This document shows, piece after piece, positions 54,201 through 64,000 of a stretch of DNA of 64,000 bases (within the stretch, counting starts at the first letter, position 1; each line of letters opens with the position of its first letter). Source of the stretch: Octopus vulgaris (Eukaryota); the NCBI GenBank assembly GCA_951406725.2, contig OX597822.1:31744001-31808000 (forward strand), read 5' to 3'. The translations under genes and the position numbers were made by a program. Below the pieces are notes generated by a model. It worked only from the letters and a program-made list of their open reading frames with translations, made no database searches and was not told the origin of the DNA.

Positions 54201-54928
54201 TTCTGTATGTATGTATGTATGTATGTATTTATGTATGTATGTATGTATGTATGTATGTATGTATGTATGTACGTAGTACGTATGTAGGGGAGTGTAGGGG
54301 AATTAACAAGTTATTCTGTAAATTTGTAAACACTGAAGATAGTATCATATTCTTAATAACTGTTTCTTGTACGCTTCCTTACATTTTTATTTTTACTATG
54401 ACAAAAAGATCAAAACTGCTGGAAACATTTAATATTTTTTATTTCGCGCTTTCCTTTTCTTTCTACTCCTGCTAAAAATGTTAGATACGCTTTAAAAAAG
54501 TGACAAAAATGAATCTATTTTCTCAGTAAAAATAAATCCACAGAATATTATTTCTTATAAAAGTTCTCTATTATTATTTAGAGTGTGACATTCGTATGCA
54601 ATTGAATTCCCGGTGTTCCATTTTTTTTCTGATCGTATTTTTGTGTGAGTTTATGTAAAATATGCGAATGTATAGCAACACACAGATATATATACATATA
54701 TATATATATATGAATGCATGGGTTTTACTTGTTTCTTTCTGAGCGTATGCATATACACATACACACACTTACGCATACACATAGACATTCACACACACAC
54801 ACACACACACACAGACACACACACATATACATATATATATATATATCATAGACATGTTTGTATTTTATAAATGTATGTGTGTGTGTGTGTAAATATAAAC
54901 ATATGTGAGTATCAGTGTATGCATGCAT

Positions 54929-54929
<1 letters not shown>

Positions 54930-54988
<59 letters not shown>

Positions 54989-54993
54989 TAATA

Positions 54994-55058
<65 letters not shown>
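54930..55058. repeat. (TAA)n microsatellite
   Basis: Read directly; another array lies at 55690-55835. Confidence 0.95.
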
Positions 55059-55067
<9 letters not shown>

Positions 55068-55082
55068 ATACCGTATAATACT

Positions 55083-55451
55083 GTATCAATACCGGCAGAT
55101 GACAACGTGTCTCTAAAAGAAATGGAGAAACTCTCAAAATACAAAGACCTGGAAATAGAGGTAACTGGAATGTGGAATCTGAAAACAGAAACAATTCCTA
55201 TCATAGTAGGTGCATTAGGCATGATAAAAAAATATTCAGACAAATACATAACAAAAACACCAGGACTTACAAACACATATAACATACAGAAAATTGCACT
55301 ACTAGGCACTGCCCACATCCTACGCAGAACACTTTCCATACAATAACCATCAGAGCATCACAACAAATCACAGCACATACCCAAGGCACACAGAGCTGCG
55401 CTCGGTAGTGAAGTGAAAGCACGCTATAAAAATAAAAATAAAACTACTGAA
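55083..55451 (+). mobile_element. R4/Dong-clade non-LTR retrotransposon 3' end (RLE endonuclease C-terminus and 3' UTR)
   Basis: VSIPADDNVSLKEMEKLSKYKDLEIEV..MW..IPIIVGALG..IQKIALLGTAHILRR; flanked on both sides by (TAA)n, the known Dong-type target. Confidence 0.88.
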
Positions 55452-55479
55452 TAATAATAATAATTATAATAATAATAAT

Positions 55480-55687
55480 GGTTTCAAATTTTGCCACAAG
55501 GGCACCCACCCATGTTGGGGGAGGGGATAAGTTGATTACATCGACCCTAGTGTTCCACGGATACTTAATTTATCGAGTACGAAAGAATGAAATGCAAAGT
55601 CTACCTCGACGGAATTTGAACTCAGAACGTAGCGGCAGGTGAAATACCGCTAAGCACGTGTTAACGATTCTGCCAGCTCGCTGCCTT
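55480..55687 (-). mobile_element. SINE family B variant
   Basis: Reverse complement of the family B head and body with a tail ending GTGGCAAAATTTGAAACC. Confidence 0.85.
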
Positions 55688-55721
55688 GATAATAATTATG
55701 ATGATGATGATGATGATGATG

Positions 55722-55835
<114 letters not shown>

Positions 55836-55984
55836 GCAATTACAACATTCAGTCTTTTGTATCAACTTTATACTTCCTCAATTTTTCAAGTTTGCGACCA
55901 TTCTTCATTTCTCTGTTTCTTCCACTGACTCTACATTGTTCAGAGAACTTATTTCTTCAGATATTCCCCTTTTCCATGAAGGTT

Positions 55985-56177
55985 ATTCTTTTATTTGTTT
56001 CAGCCATTTGACTGCGGCCATACTGGAGCACCGCCTTTAGTCGAACAAATCGAGCACAAGACTTATTCTTTGCAAGCCTAGTACTTATTCTATCGACCTC
56101 TTTTGCCGAACCGCTTGGTTACGGGGATGCAAGCACACCAACATCGGTTGTCACAAACACATACATACATACATACA

Positions 56178-56255
<78 letters not shown>

Positions 56256-56435
56256 CGACGAGCTTCTTTCAGTTTCCGTCTACCATATATACTCACACGA
56301 CTTTGGTCGGCGCGAAGCTATAGTAGAAGACACTTGTCCACGGTGCCACGCAGTGGGACTGGACCCGGAACCATACGGTTGGCAAGCAAGCTACTTACCA
56401 CACACCCACTCCTTTATCAAGCCACTTCTGCGCCG
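55985..56435 (-). mobile_element. SINE family A, full length
   Basis: Reverse complement of the family A sequence with internal microsatellite. Confidence 0.9.
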
Positions 56436-56449
56436 ATGAGGTTGTTTAT

Positions 56450-57470
56450 TTTATAACTGTTTTTGTCAATGTTTTGTTCTTATTAGTCTTCAGTCACATC
56501 GGGTCTGCAACAGTCCTACTTGCAGGCTTGATGAGTTTATTTGTTCGTGTAATGTTCTTTGCTTCAATTTGTGTTAATACGTTATTGATTTTACTTGTTT
56601 ACTAATTTATGCTCCATTGGTCAGCCCTCTTGAAGTCGCACATAAATTCTGTCTTTTCTACATTCAATAGATCAAAAATCTTGTTTGTTATTGTCTGTCC
56701 TTCATCGTGAAAATGGTCACTGATCCCCATTCTGTCGTATTGTTCATGCTTGATTGCATAATCACTGTTCAATAATTTCAAACTGATCCCTCGCCGCTCA
56801 TTCTCGTACATTCGTTGTCTGTATACTCTGACTGACACACCATTTGCATCTACAGGAATACTCCAATAGTAACACTCCGTAACTAACCTGTTTCCTTGTT
56901 TGCTCCACTCTTGTTTCTCAACATAGACAATAGTGGCTGGATTAAGACCGGTGTCACCCTGCTGTGGAAGGGATACTTGGAGGTTGCGTTAACTTTCCCA
57001 TTGGTTTCAGTCCCGTTCACACCATTATCGTTAGCTCTTTTGCTTGAGATTTCCACTCATAGCTGAGGTGCCTTTTTTAGTTCCAAGCAACGTTGATTTT
57101 TGTAGGTGTTCTCTCCTTATATTTGTACCAATCTTTTTGAACCTTGTTGCTAGTTGAGTGATGATACTTCCTCCTTAGAAAATACCTTCCCTGATATCCA
57201 GAGTGTCCAAGACTTGTCCATACGGTGTAAACTTAGTTTTTCAATCCACCATACTTCTCTCCAGAAAACTTGTTACATTCCTTGCAATAGCAAAAAACAA
57301 CTAAGCACTCAATGATCCATGAATGTGGAGTCATATCATAAGCTTTGCAGTAATAAATCAAGGTAATTTCCAAATTTGTCCTCCTTCGCTTACAATATTG
57401 CTTCACCATTTTGTCTATCAATAAAAGGTCTTCTGCGTCTCATTTTACGACCTTTTAGTTTCATTGTTAA
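56450..57470 (-). mobile_element. Decayed R4/Dong-like LINE fragments (RT piece, C-terminal piece, N-terminal piece)
   Basis: IDKMVKQYCKRRRTNL..KAYDMTPHSWIIECL (RT region); REHLQKSTLLGT (C-terminus); EWSKQGNRLVTECYYWS..VYRQRMYE (N-terminal domain). Confidence 0.7.
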
Positions 57471-57529
57471 ATGTTGTTACCATCAAGAAATGTGTGCATT
57501 TCTACAGCAAAGCACTTGGAATTCGAGTG

Positions 57530-57695
57530 AGGGAGCTGGTCGATTACATCGACCCCAGAAATCAACTGGTACTTCATTCATCGTCTCCGAAAGGATGAAA
57601 GGCAAAGTTGACTACGCTGGGATGTCATCTCAAAACGTAATTACGAGCGAAATTCCACAAGCATTATGCCCGGAATGCTAACGAGTCTGCCGACT
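57530..57695 (-). mobile_element. Degenerate SINE family B
   Basis: GTCGATTACATCGACCCCAG..ACTGGTACTT..CCGAAAGGATGAAAGGCAAAGTTGAC. Confidence 0.8.
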
Positions 57696-58469
57696 TAGAC
57701 AACAACAAGGAGGAATGTGTGTGTATGACAAGTACATGTATGAAGAGTCGTTAAAAGTATTTTATTTTATTGATATCAAAAGTATGAAAATCAACTTAAA
57801 CTTTGCCGGAATTTGAAGTCAGAGATCAATAGGACAAGGAATTTGCTCTAACGATTCTGATAATTTGTCAATCGTATATTAAAAATAAAGTAGACAGTTT
57901 ATGGCTTGTTTATTATATGACGTCAGATACGCATTCATAAGTGAATGTGTGTGTGTGTGTGTGTGTGCAGCGTCTGTCTGGGTGTGTTAAGTTCTTTTTC
58001 ATTACACATTAACATCAGATATGCAATGAAATCTCTCACTGTCATATCTAAGAAAATAGCAGTTTTTGTTGCTTCTATCATCGAAATGACGAGATATCTA
58101 AATCTAATTACCTGAGATAGGACCAAAAAAAGAAAAAATACGAAAGGGGGTTTTCATATAGACGTCTTAAAATTGGAGAAAAAATTGTAATTTGGAGAGA
58201 TACATAAACATAAAAGAATTTTGAAAGCCAGTCATTATTTAACTCAAGATATTTCAGTTGACGTTCTCAGCAGGGGTTGATCAGATTTGAGCTTACTGCG
58301 ATGAAAGCTGGGACTTTGTCTACTCTGGCTGGATAGTGTGGGCAAGAGGGTCTCATGCTGAAAGATCCAAAACCACCTAAACCCCCAGAAAACATTCCCG
58401 ATAATGCATCTCGGAGTATCCGAAGGATGTATGTTGGAATTACATCTACACAAGATGTTTTAGTTAGCA

Positions 58470-58689
58470 TATATCTTTTATCTTTTACTTGTTTCAGTAA
58501 TTAGACTGGAGCCATGCTGGTGGGGGGGGGGGCACAGACTTGAAGGACTTTTAGCCGAATGCCTTGACACTTGTACTATTCTCTAAAAGCTTGGTAGTTA
58601 TTTTAATTTTCGATGGGTGACAAACACAGATACAAATCACACACATACATGCACGTATATCTATATATACGCATGTGTGTATTTGTGCG

Positions 58690-58770
<81 letters not shown>

Positions 58771-58938
58771 ATATGTATACGTATATGTATATATACGACA
58801 GACGTCTTTCAGTATCTGTCTACCAAATTCACTCACAAGTATTTAGCAGGCCCAAAGCCTAAGGTGACATGCTGTGGGATTGAACCCAGAACGATATGGC
58901 TGGGAACTAATCTTCTTAACATACAGCCATACCTGTGT
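58470..58938 (-). mobile_element. Degenerate SINE family A
   Basis: Tail CTTTTACTTGTTTCAGT, internal microsatellite and head remnants. Confidence 0.8.
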
Positions 58939-59694
58939 TTATGTAATGTAAATTACTTCTATGTCCTTGTAGAATTCTTACCCGAACCAATTTTCATATG
59001 GTAGGGGAAAAAATGCTATTCCTAAACGGATGATATTCTCTCAGAATTAGTAAATAATGAAAACGTATATGAACACAGCAGTCAAGACATGCGGAACAAA
59101 TTCATATAAAGATTGTATTGTTGTTCTTTTTGTTATTTTCTAGCACCAACTCAACCTTGAGCGAGCAAACAATATGATGCCAATCTAGTTTTTTTTTTCT
59201 TCGCTGCTGTATAGTTTATATTAGCACCGAATTATCCATTCTGTTTCGCTGAAGAGGTTAGAATGTACTTTGACAGGAATTTTCTAACAGTTTATAGCAG
59301 ATAGAGAAATCAGGTTGAGTAGAAAGTGCTGCTGACGCACATCGTTCGTATCACAGGTACTTGCAAGTCAATAAGAACATATGGAGTCGCATCTGCGCCG
59401 TAGTAAATAATGAATGTTTAATGTTACAAATTCTTAGTAAGCAATATATTATAAATTACTATCAATTGTAGTCTTAGCCTAAACATTTGTTTGGTTTATT
59501 ATATATTACGAACTTTTAGAGACCAATACCTTAGGCTATTCAATTTACATTTCCTCTGACGTTTCTTAAGTACTATTTACTATTATAATGAGTGCGTTTA
59601 TGTATGTATGTATGTATGTATGTTTGTATGTATGTATGTATGTATGCATGTATGCGTATATGTATGTATTTTGTGTATGTATTCTTTTATTCTG

Positions 59695-59842
59695 TTATAC
59701 TTTTAAATGTTGTAGTCATTAGACGGTGGCTTTGCTGGAGCACCGCCTTGAAAAATTTTAGTCGTACTTATTTTACCGATTTCTTTTGCCGATCCACTGA
59801 GTTAGGAGTACATACACACAAGCACAAAAACACATAAACACA

Positions 59843-59914
<72 letters not shown>

Positions 59915-60080
59915 CGAGGTTCTTTCAGTTTCCGTCTGTAAAATTCATTCACAAAACTTTGGTCGGCTGTAATAGAGACTGTAATAGAAGACACTTGGAC
60001 AAGGTGCCACGCAGTGAGACTGAACACAGAACAGTGTGGGTAGGAAGCAAACTTCTTACCAGGTAGCCACGCCTGCGCCT
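59695..60080 (-). mobile_element. SINE family A
   Basis: GCTGGAGCACCGCC..(CA)n..TTTCAGTTTCCGTCT..GGTGCCACGCAGTG..GCCTGCGCC. Confidence 0.85.
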
Positions 60081-60347
60081 CTCTCTATTTTCATATATAT
60101 GTATTGAATCCTATTTTGTATTAAATCTAATTTTGATTCAACATCTTTTTCTCCTCAACCTTTCTATAATTGTTTATGGTATATTTATGCCGATAATGAC
60201 ATTTTTCACTATTTTCATTTTCTTATCTCTTGTTCTGGCAGTTTTTTTTTATGAATATGATGAAAATTTATTAGAAATCATTCCTTCTCTGTTTTTGGAC
60301 CTCTCAAAAAGTTTGAATTACACTCTTTTGAACTTATTTTTCCCTTT

Positions 60348-60429
<82 letters not shown>

Positions 60430-61324
60430 TTTGGTAAATTAAATCTAAATGTTGAAGTGAATCTAACGGTTTTTGTGTATTTTTAAATAGCTTATAAACA
60501 CCTTCCACGCTGCAATTGTGGAAGGTGTGCTATATTGCCAAGATACCACCACATTGAATATAATGACGAAGTGAATATATATAAATTTCGATATAAAATT
60601 AAGATTATAATTTTAAACAGCGATCAAATCAAGTGGTAGCATAACCTATGATTTTTCCTTCCCATGCTGCCACTTGATATAGAAATTATATATATATATA
60701 TATATGTATATGTATATACATGTGTGTATGTGTGTGTTTTTATATACTCATGTGTGCGCGCGTGCGCAGGTACGGGCCTGTGTATTGCCAAAGAAGTTTT
60801 AAATACTTCAAGGAGAATATTTTTGGTCTACGGGTGACGGGTTTGCCAACCTAATTCTGAATAGTCGATCCACCTGCTAGAAGTAAAGCGACCAAATTTA
60901 TCTTGAATCGGACAATGCTACCTGTGCAAATTCCAACGGAAGAACATATAGTCATCATCAAGCTGCGACTGAAAAATAAATAGGATCTCACAGAGAGAAC
61001 CTATTTGTTTACAGTTAACAACACGCGCAAAATTACAGCTTCCAAATCCTGTTTACTGACTGGGTGAAAATCATCAAACCTTAAACCCCTATGACATTTA
61101 AAAAAAAATTTCTGAAGAAAGTGAAATAACTCCTGTGATTCAGCTTGGAAAATTATATTAATATACCAAATTTTTTTAATTTTCAATAAACTTTGAAATT
61201 TCTACAGGTGTAACCAAACCGAAAAGATCTAAAATCCTTTTCTTCATGAACTTGTTAGATGAGGCTTGACATTCGGCTACACAACACGTAGGGTAATGTC
61301 AAATGAACTAATTTGAATAGTGTG

Positions 61325-61715
61325 AGAAAGATTTTGGTTGCGATTGCTGAAATCACTTGGTTTAGGGTTCAGCCACACTTCGCGGCATATTGGGCAAGTG
61401 TCTTCTACGACAGACCCACGCCAACCATGGCCTTCTGCGTGAATTTGTTAAACAGAAAGTTCATGGAAGAACTTCGTGTATCCATATTTATGTATATTTA
61501 TGAATATTTATTTAAACCCCATATATCACCATTATCTGACGGCTGGTGTTGGTGGGATTACGTCCCCGTAAAACAGCAGAAGGGCAACAGAAGCCGATAA
61601 AATATGTGCCCGGCTTAAAGATAAGTAAATGGTAAATACTAGGGTAGATTTCTTCGTCTAAGCAATTCAAGGCGTTGTTTCAGCAGGGCCGCAGGTCAAT
61701 GTCCAAAAACAAGAA
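61325..61715 (+). mobile_element. Old SINE family A
   Basis: TTGGGCAAGTGTCTTCTAC..TTACGTCCCCGTAA..CAGCAGGGCCGCAG. Confidence 0.7.
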
Positions 61716-61985
61716 CACAGAAACGGATAATCGTTTAGGCAAATAACCTTGTCTATCAATAACTAGACTATCAAATATGATCGACATATATTTGTCTCTT
61801 CATTAATATTTGATGTCCTAGAAGTGAATAAATAATCTATCAGTTGCAAAGATATCAAGGTAAGCCAAACACTTTCACACAGAACAATGAAGAAAAGGAA
61901 AAAAAAAATATCAAAAAGAAAGAGGAAGAGATGATGGTGGTGGTGGTGGTGGTGGTGGCAGCGGTGGTGGCGGCATTGGTTGTAG

Positions 61986-62016
<31 letters not shown>

Positions 62017-62169
62017 GAGCAAAGACAAAAAGAAGGAAATTGAAGGAAACGAATGAGACGACGACGATAATGATGCGCCACAAAGAGACGAGGCACCAAG
62101 ATCAACCAATGAGACTGAAACATTACGACCCATTTTTTATATTCCTTCACTAATATAGGCACACTTTCA

Positions 62170-62645
<476 letters not shown>

Positions 62646-62871
62646 TGCAAGGAAAACAACTATGAGGAAAATAAAACTGCTGTCGATGCTAACTAAACGA
62701 GAGTCTAGGTGTACTTTGTCATTAGGTACACAGCTGTTGCTTTAGAGCCTAACTATTCTCTCACTTCTGCTCGGATGACACGGACGTAAACTGTGTATGC
62801 ATTAGAATGGAGGCGGAGAAGTAGGAGAAGTAGGTTTGAAAATAAGCTATGACTCATGGTGTATATATATG

Positions 62872-62929
<58 letters not shown>

Positions 62930-63177
62930 TATATACACATACATATATATAAATATATATATGTGTGTGTGTGTGTGCGTGTGTGTATGTATTTGTGTGC
63001 ATATATATATATATATATATACATGTTTCTATACATATGTGTATATGTATGTTATATATGTATATAACATTTATACAGTAAGAGAAGCAAATAAATGAGA
63101 GAAAAAAACAAATATACGTCCGTCCTCCGTCCATCCATCCATCCATACATACATACATACACACACAGACAGAGAGA

Positions 63178-63178
63178 C

Positions 63179-63275
<97 letters not shown>
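63178..63275. repeat. (GATA)n microsatellite
   Basis: Read directly. Confidence 0.95.
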
Positions 63276-64000
63276 TGCGTATGTGTATAAAGACTATGAT
63301 AATATACATGTCCGGGTGTATTGGGCTGTATGTATATATATATATATATTTTGTTTGTACACGTATATATTTAGTATACATATATATCTTTATGTATTTA
63401 TCTACACGTGTGCATGCGTCTACTCATGTATATAAGTTACATATTTTTTTTCTCACAGGTTCTTGGTGATAGTCAGACTAATTCGACTCCTATCCAAGCT
63501 ATAAAACCACTTCAGTATTAAACAAACATACTTCAGCGTAAATACTGTCGAATAGCGACACACTTACACACGGATTTGACCCCCCACTCTGCCTAACATC
63601 ATTGTACATAAAGACACACGAAGACAAATATAGCAACAATCACTTAATACTCCAGACAATCAGTTAATGCTGTTAACAATCACTTAATACTGTTCTTTGT
63701 AAATATATGAAGCGGTTCCTATATACTCACTTATGCATCCACATACAAGTACTCACAGCTATACAGATGTTTAGTAATGTATACGTGTATCTGCACTCTA
63801 TTTAGAAACAACGAAGCACGGCTGCGTATACAAACACACACAAACAAAACGCCTTAATAAGAGGTATTTTTGAGATAATAAACGGTTCACTGTGAGCTTG
63901 ATTTTCAAAATCCCTATATTACTTATAAGCATTCGATTTAATCTGAGATACAGCGTGTTTTAAGAAATAAAAATAATTTGATAAAACTCCCCTTTCAGTT

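Overview
AT-rich, microsatellite-saturated eukaryotic DNA with no recognisable intact host gene. It is probably a large intron or intergenic region; the SINE repertoire and (TA)n/(CA)n density suggest an octopus genome (inference). Nearly all ORFs in the track are translations of simple repeats or SINE copies. The window contains: about 30 copies of at least four tRNA-derived SINE families, some nested or multimeric; a DD37D Tc1/mariner relic; a Helitron 3' half with PIF1 helicase motifs, terminal hairpin and CTAG end; RTE/BovB-like and R4/Dong-like LINE fragments; several Penelope-like element (PLE) fragments; a TTAA-flanked MITE; a long fold-back inverted repeat; and several short palindromes beside microsatellites. 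The most unusual signal is a set of decayed hammerhead-ribozyme-like motifs in three different repeats. Their core strands appear in the order [stem III-UH-stem I]-[stem II-GAAA-stem III]-[stem I-CUGAUGA-stem II], which is not one of the circular permutations (types I-III). Two fold-back palindromes turn next to the 3' half of a conventional hammerhead, and there is a candidate minus-strand microexon at 26948-26967. All calls were made by eye; coordinates of degenerate repeats are approximate.
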